Below, one piece after another: positions 13,007 to 26,854 of a stretch of 64,000 nucleotides of DNA. Each line of letters begins with the position of its first letter. The first letter of the stretch is position 1. The stretch lies in the NCBI GenBank assembly GCA_030141605.1, contig JAQGDQ010000144.1:310001-374000 (forward strand), read 5' to 3'. The position numbers and the translations under genes are program-made. The notes beneath the pieces were generated by a model. That model was not told the DNA's origin. It made no database searches and saw only the letters and a program-made list of their open reading frames with translations. The DNA comes from Tubiluchus corallicola (lineage: Eukaryota > Animalia > Priapulida).

Positions 13007-16000
13007 ACTGCTCCTGGGCGGTTTCATCTGCCATTGTCAGTTGTTAATGCAGCGGAATTTGAATGCCGGCGAGGTGCCTAAACACGAAGTTTGGATGCCA
13101 TTTGAAAACAAAAGGAGTTTAGAGAAACCGTTTGGAACATACCTGCTTTCACCGAATGTGTTCTACAGCCAATAAAATGCTTCACGTCGCTATTCTCTAT
13201 CAAAACATCTTGGACAGCACTGCTGCATGTGCGTGAGTGCGTGCGCGCGCACGTGTGTGTAGTAAATGAGGACCACTTCAACGTTCTACTTTATGTACAA
13301 TTAGCAAGATTGATCCATCTCCAACTGTTTCCCTATTGACTGGGGCTTATCTAAAATTCAGAGGGCAGAGGCGTGCCACACGGCGATTCTTTCTCATTAG
13401 GAAGCTTAAGCAATTGTAGAAGACTGAAAGTAACTGGGCGTTCTGGGAAAACGCAGTGGATATTGTCTCAGTTTTCGTCTTGGCCTAATTATACAAAAGC
13501 GGCTGAGAGATTTATCGGTGAAGGAAGCGCAATACCAATGGCTTCTCAAGGGACCTCCTCGCGCTCGATGAGAGAAACGAATACCGTAATTGATGTGTAG
13601 TAGTAGGTGGTTTACGCGATGGGTGCCGAGAATTGAATTGCCATCACAACATGGTTCCCTAAGCTAAGAAGTTCCCTTGACATCAATTATTTCTTTCTAA
13701 ATTCTGACCCGATTTGATCACATTCTAGGTTTCGGTATGTTTAGAAATATCAAACACTCATTTATATGGATTTTACGCCATACAAAATAAATACTTATAG
13801 AGCCTGTTATTTGGCTACAGCGTATAAAACCGCCTCAGAAACAAAATCATCGATCGTTAAAGTGTGTAAGCTTGGCGGATTTTATTTGCTTAGACAATGA
13901 TAATATTTTCGTTGAAACCGTGATTGATAAAATCTTTTTCCTGTATAATTTAGATGATATCGTCTTCACGAAACGCCTGGCGATATTCTCAAGGTAAAAA
14001 TTTGACTGTTAAATCGTCGCTGTTTCCGTGAACAGAGTGCGTAGCACGGAATGAAAGCCGTGAAGTATGAATTGAATATATATTCTACGCACGGTGTTTG
14101 TTTTTCAATACTTAACGTTTTTGTACGCAATAGTTTAAATTTAAAATACTTCATTAAAATACACTAACTATGCATTGAAAAACAAACACTTGGCCTAAAA
14201 TATCAATTCAATACATACTTCACGATTTCCAATCATGCTATGCTGCAAGCGCTATTTTCACTAATGGTGTAAGAAGTTAATCCACGCGGTTAATAAGCTA
14301 ATAAGTGCGCCTCTTATGTGCTGAATAATGTCATATTTGAACACTGGCAACCTGATCTGTTTTTGGAACTAGCAGTTAACACTTAAATGTTATTACAAGA
14401 TTTTTGCTTTAAGAAATCAAGTTTTTATTGTGTTTACTTATTGCTGCGTGATTAAGAATCTTCGTGTTCTTGTTTCCTTTCGAGTCTTTGAAACTTAAAA
14501 TACTTTTTATGCTTGAGCATTTTAAAGCCTGTCATACCGGTTTTTTTCACAAGGGTTTCTGTGGTTTGTTAGCTTGATGACACGAAAATGAAATATTTGG
14601 CTGCATTTATGTAGCCAAAGAGTTAACAAAATATTGTCACAACTCCTGCACTTAATACGGAAATGACATCAGAGATATTCGACGTAATGGCTTCATTTCC
14701 GAAATTTAGGAGCAAACGCAACAGTGCATTTTCACAAACTTCGCGACAATCAGTTTCCGTGTATGACCGCCTCAAAAAGACATTCAGCCTGGGGGTTTCA
14801 AACGGCGGAAAATTATTTCTCCACAAACGACTTCATGTGATTTTATTCGCCGAAAGTCGCGTTGCAATGGCAGATATTGCGTATAAAGTGCAATAGCGCA
14901 GCACAGACAGATAAATGGAACTCAAATTTCAATTCTTATGACGAAACGCATCGTTTAATGGCCGAGTAAGTGCTATATTTATCTGACTCGTATTAGGAAA
15001 ACAGAAACATTAAATATTTTATGCAATTCCGCTACAAATGGAAAATTTTATGGTGGAGATGGCAAATGAATTTGAAACGTATAAGCTTTCATTTGTTTGA
15101 TTTACTTCGCCGTAAGCAGGGCTTTAATTAAACTGTTACGGCGTCAATAGTTTTTCGAAAAAAGATATTTCGATAGCATGTTCTTTAAATTAAATTACGA
15201 AATCTGAGAATGTCACATGCTAGATTGAAAACGCACACCAAACATCTTTTTATGTATATCTTGTTAACGTTTTTTTAATGAGTGGACTATGAAAATCGCT
15301 GCGTACATCGCATTTTTTGCTAATTTGTCACAAGTAAGTGAACAAGAAGAATAAGCAGCAGAAAATATGGAAGAAGAGAAATAACGCAAAACTGGGTGCA
15401 ATGTGAAGACTTCTGTGCACTATAGTAGGACTGATGATGACCGACAGCATTCTTTAAAAGTCTACAGCGCAGAAAAACCTGAGACAATACAGTACTATAT
15501 TCTTGCAAAATGAAGATAAAAATTTCTGAGTGACTCATCTAAGTGACACGTCACAGTGCGCATTCACAAAGCACTCCAAGCCATGTAATAAATTTAAAAA
15601 AGTTTTGTTACTACACTCTTGTCAGCAACAGGACATTACGTTTAAGTCAAGTTTTAATTAAAATTACTTCATTAACTGTGGTACGATAAACCTTTAGCAT
15701 CCTTGATACTAAAGGGAATAAGTTCCTTTGCACATTAAGCAAACGTAACCACAAGGGAGACTAGGTCAACTAGTTTTTTATTCCAACGTTTATCTGTTGC
15801 TTTATGAAGAGGTAACGCGATAAGCGTTATGGGAACAATACCTCCGTCTGAAAAGCTCCGTACGAACCGCCTTTAATATTAATGCATTTTAGGAAGGGAT
15901 ACGAACATTTTAAGTTGAAAGGTTTGAATTGCTAATTGTACTGCTGTAATTTTAAATAAATGTATGATTGTTTTTGAATACCGTATGTCTTACCTAATGT

Positions 16001-18627
16001 GAAATGAATTTGGTTATTAGCTTTTTAAGACATCTACGATTTATACGTAGGCCTTGCGTAATATAATCAATTTGTAATATTTCTGCATTAATTAATGGCA
16101 GTCGTATAACAATAAAGTGTAAAGCAGTTAAACAAGGTAACTTTTAATATTAGCAATGCACGTACAGATTTTCTAACCAATAAATGAAGATACAACTGAA
16201 TTAGCCAAAGAAAACTTCACTGATATCTTGAGATAGAATATCCCTATTATAGGAAATAAGACTATATCTTGCAAAGACATGCCGTAATACTTTGTCATTG
16301 AAAATTCAAAATTCGTAATGCCCTATGGTAACATTGAAGTTTACAAACACCACGATGTTAGCTCAGTGACAGTAACAAATTACATGAGTTGATGAAACAG
16401 AATCGTGCACAAAATTGACATTGACGAAGTCGGACGATAATGAAAGGAGACAGTTGTCGTAGAATGCATTCGTCAATGTAACATTCGAATTCGATTTGAT
16501 CAAGCACTGGCCACGCCATCAGTTGTCACCTTCAGCTAATTCTTCTGCCAAGACCGGATATACTTATCTTGGTGTCAGCGTGGAAATCCATGAGCCACCA
16601 TTCACGTATGTTCGCCATGATAAAATGCAAGAACGTCGTTTGTTTCATCTGCTAAAAAGATTACATATTCAAAGCAGTTCGAATTAGAATGTGAAATAGA
16701 TAACAAGCCACTGGAAAAGTGGTCATCTTCAAGTGACAAAGTCCACGTGAAATTTAGGTAACAAACAGCAAAAATTATAAACAGAATGACGTAACTAACC
16801 CATCAAATTCAAAAATTTCTAACAAATGTGTCGAAAAGATTTGCCGCCTAATATGACAAAATTCGAAACCGTCAATACAAGACAGCTTGGCTTCAGGTTT
16901 CATGTGGAGCAATTATAGACACGTAGGCATATGCACACGATGCTGCTACTACTACCAGTCCATTAACATTATCAATACCGTTTTTTATGGAAAGGTCATG
17001 CAATTATTATGTTTTCGTTAGCTGCGCTATTAATTGATTGTGGATTATTGATTGGTGACGGCAGCAAGGTCTTCTTGGCAATCATTATTGCCGCGTCGTC
17101 GCACGCGGTGTTCTAAGTGCGCATCAGAGATTATCCAGTCTGCATCCTGGTTTGCAATTGACGAAGATTTGTCAGTAATCCATACTTACAGCAGAACGAG
17201 CACAGACATAACATCAGTTAGCAACTTTGTCAACTTTCCAGACTGGCCAGCTAGCAAATATTGATCTGTATATCACATGGGAATGGCAACACAGGCGTGT
17301 GTTACTGTACAGCAAGTCGATTGACGTTCCTTCACTGGAGGAACCTGACCTTCTTCTGAAGGCCTATTCACTGACCTGGCAAAATTGAATAAATCAATTA
17401 TGCGGTACTCAAATACTAATCGGAATGTCCCAATTTAGTTATTCACATTGTTGTATCAATTGACCAATGTACATTGTCATTGTCAAAGAAATATAAAAAA
17501 ATCAGAACTTGGTTCAAACCAAGGACCTTTGAATTACAAGCTCAGTTTATTGCATGTAGAGAAATAAAATTACATATCTATTAGAAAAAAGGTTTTCTCT
17601 TATAAATATTGGATTGACTTACATTTCAACAAGTTAGTACATTGTGAAATCCTTCACTCACAACACCACTTAAAGGTGCAATAATAACTACAAATACATA
17701 TATTAAGAGGACGACGTAATTATACTGTAGCGTACCTGTAACTGCAAATTGAAGGTGTGAAGGCGGGCAGACGTTACACTGACACGTTTCCTGCTCTTGA
17801 ACTTCGAATTTTCAGCATTTTTTGACTATTGATTATTGTACTGTGATTCTTTAACTCGCAAGAGGAAGCCAAGTCAGATATGTTCTTTTTGTATTGAGAG
17901 TTTCACCAAATAGCATCCGTTACTAATAGCAATCAATCAGATCCTTGACTATCTGTACCAACAATCACTGCTTTAGAGCGCTGTGAGTGATTATTTCCTT
18001 TGCAAATTGGAATGAAAGCACTAATGTGCTTGGATCCAGCACGCTGTACTTGCTCATTATTTGTATAGTTACTGGCTTCCGTGAGAAATTGTGGGAAGCG
18101 TTTACAGCTGTCATGTCCGTTTTTTTTCGTAAAAAAATAGAATCGGCATTGCTGAGGATAACTAATAGGCATTTAATAGATTAAAATGATTAAGAAAAAT
18201 TTAAAGATTTAATACCGATGTTTGCAAGGGTAAATACAAACTGAAACGTACCGTATTTAAACAATCAAATGAATGAGGTTTTATCAAAATTTATTGGTAC
18301 CATGCACGTGTACTTTGATAACACTGCAATGTTACACTTCATGTCTAGGAACGATTCATCTAATCATCTAATGGTATATCTAATTAGTTCGTCTCGCTAC
18401 TAATTGGCAGGATTCTGAGTAAATATTTTATGAAGTGTAAGAGGCTAGAAATGAAATCGCTGTTACGGTTTATACGCTATGTGTAACTTGGCTTCAGTAT
18501 TAGCGGCAGCTTTTATTCTTGGACAGACGTATCATGGAGATTTCAATGACAAAGTAATAAACGATAAGTAATCTACACTCTACAGTAAATTTTACTGTTA
18601 ATTGCAACAATACCATAGTCTGATTAA

Positions 18628-18805
<178 letters not shown>

Positions 18806-19150
18806 AATTTAGTGAATAGTTTTAAAGCACTTTACAAGTAAAAGGCCATAAAAAATACTGAAAAATTAATTTATAAAATATATTTATATAAATCAGTTAC
18901 ATATAAGACAATGGCACATTAATCGATTAAAAGTACATCGAATATGACAAAAAAGGAAAAATCATAAAAACACAGAAATTTAGTAAATAATAAAAGCAAA
19001 GCAAGAAAGCACACACGAAACAGAGAATAAACGATTATCTCGAGTACAAAAAGCTTCATTAAAACAGTAAGTTTTCAGACTTTCTTTAAAACTATCAAAC
19101 GACTTAACTGGGCACAATTCCACAGTTTGGGCAGCTGCAGCACTGAAATC
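18806..19150 (-). mobile_element. L2-like LINE 3' end remnant
   Basis: Minus strand gives FSAA..PKLWN...SFDSFKESLKTYCFNEAF (frameshifted), matching the L2 ORF2 end AFSVAAPKLWN...FK..LKT.LF..AF, then tgtaaagtgcttt and a (TAA)n tail. Confidence 0.65.
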
Positions 19151-21043
19151 ACCATGATGATGATGAAGATTATAAATTTTAGTTTTTATAATACAAAATG
19201 CACATGTAAGATGCCTCCTTTAAACAGATATTTATATTTTTACAGCTTGTACACTTTATAAAAACCATAATGAGGCTAACAGTTCATTTTGTTATAATAG
19301 TCGCAATTATTATATCTTTTTCATAATGTATAACAGCACTATCTACATTAATTTTTTATCAATGCCAAGTATATAAGTCAGTGATATTTCAGCTGTTTAT
19401 TAGTACGGTTGCTTTTATGCTGTTTAATATTTACAATTCATTTTGCATTGATTATTTCTGCCTAAGTAAACATTGTTTAAATTGTCTCATGTAATATTAT
19501 TTTTATTTATGGGTAACAATTACACAATCTGAATTACTTAATTTCTCATCTCCCTTTTTACTCTTTTCCAAAAACGAAGATTCTAATTTCTTCTTAAATT
19601 GGTAAATAAAGGAAATTATGGTAAGGTAAAATATTTTTATGCATAACTGTCAACTTGTGCAACTTTTGGGGACTTTCTTTCCCTTTCTACCAATTGTGCT
19701 ATGCGAGCAGTTCGACGTGGGCGGAAGTCCAGTTTGAGACATTGAAAATCATGAAATAAGCACGCGTGGCACGAAGCACTGAAGCGGTCAAACCAGGCTA
19801 GGCGAATGTCATCACTTTTTCACAGTGATATTCCAAAATACTTTATAGTAACAGCAAGTTAGAAAGGAAACATAATATTCAAAAATAAAAGTTTGAATTA
19901 AATTAAATTCAAATTCATTCAGGCATTTATTCAGCTTAAAATGGTAAAATTCCCGTACTTTTTCTCAGGCCGTACTATTTCTGAAATATAAAATTTACAT
20001 ATACCAATAAGTTAGTTTTCTTAGCAGTTTTCTCTAGAATTTGAAATAAATTAAAATTAACACTTTCATTTAGAATAAATTAAAATCAACTACATTGTAT
20101 GATTTGGTGTATTTTCGTTGTACGCCCACATACCAGTGATAAGAATTGACATCATTATCTGAATATCTAACGCCTAAATTCTTCATTTTAGCTAACACGT
20201 ACGCTACACGCTCTTACGCAATTCTCTCACACTGTACTGGCTATACCTTCATTAGTTATTTATGCGTTTAATCAGATCAATTTTTTGCTCAACCGTGTTC
20301 TCTATGATATTGTATGCGCCAGCACAGCGTGAAGCAATCACTTACACTCTAGTGTCGAGGCAATGTCAACACCTTGTGTGCTTGCGTCTTGCGAATAGAA
20401 ACCCATAAAATACCTTGAAGTGGTAAGTAATTTATTTACTAACAATGAGCGTAGTAGCATGGAAAACGACAAATTAAATTAGCCCAAAATCTATACATTG
20501 ACCATCGTCATTAAGCAGAGCGTAGCGATGTAACTAACGTAACTGGACAGTACAGCCGTTTCCTGTTGGCTTGTTCCTTTTCCACCCGTCAACTATTATA
20601 ACCCATGCAAATAAACGGATTTGGTAAGATGATTGTTTTCTTAAGTTGGAAAATCGAAAATCGTTTTTAGGGTGGTCTGCTGATTCTTCCTCCTCTTTAC
20701 TGAGCTCATATCACTACCATACCAGTAATCGATTGGTACAGGAAATTAGTCTTAGTAAAAGTAAACTCTATAAAGTATGTTAAAGAAACACGCGACATGT
20801 ATTCTTAAGACATGCGAGCACGCAACGTTTATAAATAACCTATGAATATCATCTATGAATAAAATAATATCTATAAGCCATGTCAATAGTAATATAAAAC
20901 TGGCATTAAGTTTATTAAACATGTATGACAAAGATGTAAAAGAATTTATAAAATTAGAATACGTTTCGTTTTTACTAACCTTCCAGTCAAAACATCCACA
21001 GACCCATAATGCGACAAACTCTATCTACACAAAGCACACCAGG

Positions 21044-21800
21044 CCAGAAACCACACCAGAAGCCACACCGGAATTCACAGCAGAATCTTGACCTGAAACC
21101 ACACCAGAAAGCACACCACAAAGCACACCACAAACCATACCAGAAACCACAACAAAAACAACACCAGAATCCTAACCAGAAACCACACCAGAATCCACAC
21201 CAAAAACCACACCAGAATCCACACCAAAATCCTCATCAGAAACCACGCCAGAAACCACACAAGAAACCACACAAGAAACCACATCAGAAGCCTCACCAGA
21301 AACCACACCAGAATCCACACCAGAGTCCTCATCAGAAACCACGCCATAAACCACACCCGAAACCACTCAAGAAACCACACCAGAAACCACACAAGAAACC
21401 ATACCAGAAACCACACTAGAAACCTCACCAGAAACCACACCAGAATCTGCATCAGAAACCTCACCAGAAACCACACCAGAAACGACTCAAGAAACCTCAC
21501 TAGAAACCACACCAGAAATCATACCAGAAACCCCACAAGAAACCACACCAGAAACGACTCAAGAAACCTCACCAGAACCACACCAGAAACCATACCAGAA
21601 ACCACACAAGAAACCACACCAGAAACCATACCAGAAACCACACAAGAAATCACACCAGAAACCTCACCAGAAACCACACCAGACATAACACCAGAAACCA
21701 CATGAGAAACCACACTAGAATCCACACCAGAATCCTCATCAGAAACCATACCAGAAGCCACACTAGAATCCTCACTTTTGACCACTCCAGAAACCAGGAT
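21044..21800 (+). repeat. Degenerate 12-bp tandem repeat CCAGAAACCACA (PETT mucin-like in one frame)
   Basis: About 60 units; in the PETT frame the variants give P/S/Q-E-T/S/A-T/S/I; in-frame stops at 21089 and 21173 and a 1-nt deletion near 21575. Confidence 0.9.
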
Positions 21801-24800
21801 CAGAACCTGACCGGTTTTTGCTGCTTCTCTTCTTCCCTCAAATATGGTCAAAGTTTTTAAAGCTTATTTATATGATGACTTTGGGTTTTAATAAACTTTA
21901 TGTCAGTTTTACAGCATGACTGGCATGGACAACATATGTGTAATTTTATTCATAATGTGTCGTAATTTAGCATTTGCACATCATACTTTGACCAAAAAGA
22001 AACTAATTGTTATGAAGTAAATATTTCCTTAAGTAGCTGTACTGAATCCCATTCCTTTCTTGGGTTATCTGAGATCCTTCTATTCTAACGCTATAATGAC
22101 CAATTTTTCACTTTTGGCGTATGCTAATAGTGCTGTATTTGAATATAGATGGTTTTAATATGAAGACTTGACTGTCTGATTTGTCTTGAGAACTCTCACC
22201 CAGACCTTCACGTGAAGCTATTGGACGTTAGTGACGTTAACGTGACTGTGGGGAAATTAGTCAAACTTTGGCCAAAATAGATCTTTCTAGAAGCTTTGTC
22301 TTTCCTTAATAGAATAAACCTACAATTATTAACACGTGTGTTTAATGCATTTCTTAATTCAGTCCCAATAATAATTTATTAACTAATCCAACATTTCTAA
22401 GCATTGCTATTTATTGTTTTCTTATTATTATTGTAGAACATACAAAGAATAACCCGTAGGTAATTAATTTATTATTAATAATTATTACTAATTTATATTC
22501 TTAAATTCAAGTCGATTATCACTTAACGACAGCACGAACCCAAATTTTTTAAAGGGAAGGAAAAGACATTTTTAAAGTTTGTCCCAAAAAAACCTTTAAC
22601 ACAAGCTTATATTGATTAGCATTACTCGTCCCTGCTTGAAAGAGTTATGCAACTAGAAAGAAAAATACTTAGTAATTTTTAAAAAATGTTTGCGCCCACT
22701 GGTAGAACGTCACTGACGCGCTTCCCAGTGTGTACCACCGACTCATCAAAAAACGTATTTTTATTTTATTGACACGATAAAGTAATTTTTATACGTTTGC
22801 TTAACAGTAAAACGCACTATGAATGATCTGATTATTTTTTCAAACTTTACACAACATCTAAACTGGTTTCAAACGACCAACCGTCAAAATGGCTGCGCTT
22901 AACTGTCGTTGGGGGAGTTTAAATTTTCATGTTTTATACAGCGTTGCTGCTAATACAAGCTCTGTGCACAATAAAACAGCATGTAAGTGATATAAAATGT
23001 AAAAACTAATTTTCTAAGCTTCATTTATGAAGATTGTTTTCTTGTGCTTTAAATATTTGAAACAAAAGTAAATCGAAGGAATGTGAAAAAGTCGAAACTG
23101 AAATATCATCCCTAAGCAATCGTATGACCAGATTTTGCCTTGATCAAATCTAGTACATTTTCTGGACGCAGCGCTAATGATTGTTGAGAGATGGAGAGCT
23201 TTGTTGCTGTATTTGCGCGCTAGATAATATTTTATTGACATGATGGTAGCAATAACTCCGCGGAATTATAGTTGCCGTGATATTTTACAATCGTAAAACG
23301 GAAGCGAACGATCATGAAATAAGCAGCTTGTGTTATTATGCGAAATTTGTGTTTTTGAAGTCAAACAACAAACACCTAATTTACCGTGGGTCGTAGTAGG
23401 TCAGCTGGTTAGGAATCAGCTGCCAAGTTTTACCTTGTCAATAAGCTCCTCAGAAGCTGCAATTCCAGGTCACTTCAACAAGCAAAACGAATTGAATTAG
23501 ATTTATTTAGACGCAAATTTATTTAACTAGTGCTGTCTGTTCAATTATAATCCTATTATATATGCGTTGTTTATAGCTAGTGTTACTGTGAATTGTTATT
23601 GTTATTACTGGATTACAAATGAACTATAAGCACTAGCTACAATAAAGCTGTTTACCAGAGCCCGCTCTACCACTAGGCAAACTAGGAAGTACTAGGCAGT
23701 TTCCTAGGGCGCCAATTTTTTTTTGGGGGGGGGCGGCAAATTCAGGAAACAATTCTTTAATTTTTAAGTTTAGTATAAGTAATAGCATAGTGTATGTGTA
23801 ATTCCTTAAGTGCACTACACTAGTGAAAAAACATAGTGTGTAATTTACTTACGAAATGTATGATTCGTCGATGCCAGCGTCCTCCCTTAGCAAAACACTT
23901 TCTATTTTTGCTTTTCATGGTTTCGTAAGAACACGTCATTTCTGACATTTCGTTACGCAGACATTACCCTGGCATTTGCCCGCAGTTTCTATATAAATGC
24001 TTGTAGAACGACCCTATTGTAAATTTCTTACAGCAGCATTTATCTAACTATGGCTGATCTATAAAACTCGAAGTCTTCAGGATGTAATACAGGAAATGAA
24101 AGGTAAAAAGCTGACGAGTCATATAGAGTACAATCGGGTCACAAATCCAATTTCAATTTCAAGCAGTCATAAATTCAGTTTCAAGTTCAATCAGCAGAAG
24201 CTGTAGATAGGTAATTAACTACACCTAATTAGTACACTATAATGCATGCATAAGCCTAACGCACTATGACAATACAAGGAAACTAATATTGGGGAATGGT
24301 AGGGACCAAGGGGAAAGAAGTTTACCGTCACACCACCTAAAGCCCTGGGGCCTGGGTTGCTATTTGCCAGCACGTACAATTAAAATTACAGTTAAGACGT
24401 ATGTATTACAATTAACGATGATACGTCAAATGTGCAACGACGAAAGAAATCGTAACAAAGCAGTTCAATCTGTGAAAAACAAGCACAATCCCTGACGTGA
24501 TTGTAGGACGTGAGTAGACAGGCGTTTTAATTAATTTCTTACGAAAGCATAATTACAGCTGTGTAAGCAGCTTTGTTTACATTTATATGCTAAACGGATG
24601 CTCAATATTAAAGGCTCAAGGATAATGTATATGTAACTTACCGAGCTAGGAAACTAGAATATGTAATTAACATGCAGCTGAATTACATGATTGAAAAGAT
24701 TCTGTTGTTACGTCAATTTTTTTGAAGCTAAACAAAAAACGTTAATCTTCTGTGGGTCGTAGTGTGTCAGCGGGTATACATTAACAAGTAAAAGCTCTAA

Positions 24801-25144
24801 ATTAATATAATGCATTACTTAATTTTATAGTTTCAGTTCTAAAAGCACAGGGTACTGCACATTTCACTTGTTCACGTGTTCTGATTTTCTAAGGCTATAA
24901 TGTCGCCATCTTGCTGTTTGGCGAAAGGATTTACTTGTCATCTTCTGGGTCTTAACTATTCAAAAATTATTCCGCCGATGAGATTATCAGATCAATGTAG
25001 ATTGTTTGATGTATGAATATCCAAGAATGGCGAATTGTTTACAGAGCATATTAAAAAGTTAATCATTCAAAATAAATAAACGAATGGCAGCCGTACGTAG
25101 TCTGCTACTATTTTGTTGGACAACAATCCGGCCAGCACAACATA

Positions 25145-25470
25145 CAGGGCCGAATTATCCAATAGGCTAGTATTGGCTGCAGCCTATAGGCCCATCAAGT
25201 TTAGGGAGACACTCAAATTTGGTAAAAAACGGTTTTTTCACTAGGGTTGTGTTGAAAAAAATCTTAAAGAACATTTTTATTGACAAACAAGACAGCTATT
25301 CTAGTTTTGTTAAAGATTTTGCAATAAATTTACTTCAAGCTGTGTAAAATGTCGCTAAAATATATCATGAGTAAAAAATATTCAAGATGGGTGCGGGCGA
25401 GTTAGAAGGTGCCTTCGTCTGAAAGGGGGCGCATTATCTCATAAGTCTAGGGCTTCAAAAATCCGGCCCT
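25145..25470. mobile_element. MITE with AGGGCCG(A/G)ATT terminal inverted repeats
   Basis: cagggccgaatt at 25145 and aatccggccct ending at 25470; target-site duplication not clear. Confidence 0.55.
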
Positions 25471-25692
25471 AAACTAAAAAACGTTATTTACTGTAAACCA
25501 AAATCAAAAGAGTATTTTTGAGGGTTATTAAAAATATTGGCCAATAATATAACATCACTGTTAAAAACTGAAATTCACAGCTGATACTTTCATGCCAGCG
25601 TTTCCACTTAAACCTACTTTTTATACCATTTTATTGAACTCTCTGTTTCATAATCAAACAACTAAATTAATTTGCGATACATTTTATTGCAG

Positions 25693-25890
25693 ATTATAAA
25701 AGCCAGCAAAAAACTGAAAATGTTAGTAAGCTCTGTTGGTCGTGTGCCAGGAACAAATGTTTCCCATCAGATGTATATCTGGAAGGACTCTCAAGGACGA
25801 TGTGTGTCGCCACCTCTTGACTTACCAACTAACGACGATTGTCTTAACTCAACTTTAAGTGCCAAAACTGAGAAAACGTCTTTGAAAAGG
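25693..25890 (+). CDS. WHRN: Whirlin exon 2: end of PDZ1 and the hairpin extension
   Basis: ttgcag| and agg|gtaaaa; IIKASKKLKMLVSSVGRVPGTNVSHQMYIWKDSQGRCVSPP matches the whirlin GRIPG...YTWVDPQGRSISPP motif. Confidence 0.92.
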
Positions 25891-26166
25891 GTAAAAAAAA
25901 TTCTTTTTTCTTTCGTGCAGATTTAATGCAGATTCAGTGCTTCCTTGATCATTTATTGCAAGTACTATTCAAGTTTTTTAGCAGTGTTTATACTTATGTA
26001 ATTGTACTTCTGTTACTCTTCATTATGCTTTTGCTTTTTGGTCGGTGAAAATGATGTTGTAACAACTATCTTCAGTTCAAGATGATCTTCCAACTGATTC
26101 TTTCAGCCAATACAGAATTTGTTCTAGTACATTCCTGTAACATTCATGATGACGACAATAAAAAAT

Positions 26167-26850
26167 AATGTTCTTACCGCCATCTTGCATTAAAAATGGT
26201 GGATCGAAAATGGGACCATGTTAATTGACGAGGAATTCATTCTTGCATAAATCCTATAAAGTTTCTTGACAATCCGAGAAATTGCTAGAGCCTTAGGCCA
26301 TTTTTCGAAAACAATGTTTTCACCGCCATCTTGAATTAAAAATGGCAGATCGAAAATCGTACTCCAGTCAATATGGAATTCACTCTAATATATAACCGGC
26401 AAAGATTCGTGACGATACATTGCAAATTGGCAGAGCTTCAGGCTTTTTTTCAAAAAGTCTTCCCCAAACATCCAGAAAAGCAACGATTTCTGTCGAGTGC
26501 TTCGATCAAGAAGCCTGCGGGTCCACCAGTTCACAATGGATTATCATGAAAACTTTACAGGAACATAGAAAAATTTCATTTTGCATTGATGTCATTTTTT
26601 CGATTAGCCACCATGAATTCAAAATGTCATTTTCTAAAAACTTGAATCTAAATCTAAACCTATGAACGAATATAGTAGAACAAATTTCGCAACTATTGGT
26701 GGAGTCAGATTTTCGAGTTCAATGAGTCCCTCGGCCAACAGTTTGAGTTGAACTTGGTTTTTCTGTCTGACTGACTGACTAACAGACCGACCTACCAACG
26801 CACTGATTGACCGACCGGCTGACTAAACGACTGGCTGACTGACTAGGTTT
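26167..26850. mobile_element. Helitron/Helentron-associated-like element with two ~146-bp internal repeats and a (GACT)n tract
   Basis: Units start at 26167 and 26313, each with cgccatcttg..aaaaatgg..gatcgaaaa; ctgactgact tract at 26767-26845. Confidence 0.45.
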
Positions 26851-26854
26851 TGCC

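Noticed and set aside
14623-14965. Alternative first exon of whirlin (77-aa ORF, donor ga|gtaagt at 14965)
   Set aside because: The ORF stops at 14896 before the donor, and the nearest ATG gives phase 2 whereas exon 2 needs phase 0
21009-21851. QKPH-, WFLV- and VVSG-repeat ORFs as independent proteins
   Set aside because: All are alternative frames of one 12-bp repeat; only the PETT frame looks like a former coding frame
23383-24780. Repeated motif gtgggtcgtagtnngtcagcnggt at ~23386 and ~24752
   Set aside because: Most simply two ends of a dispersed repeat; too short to interpret
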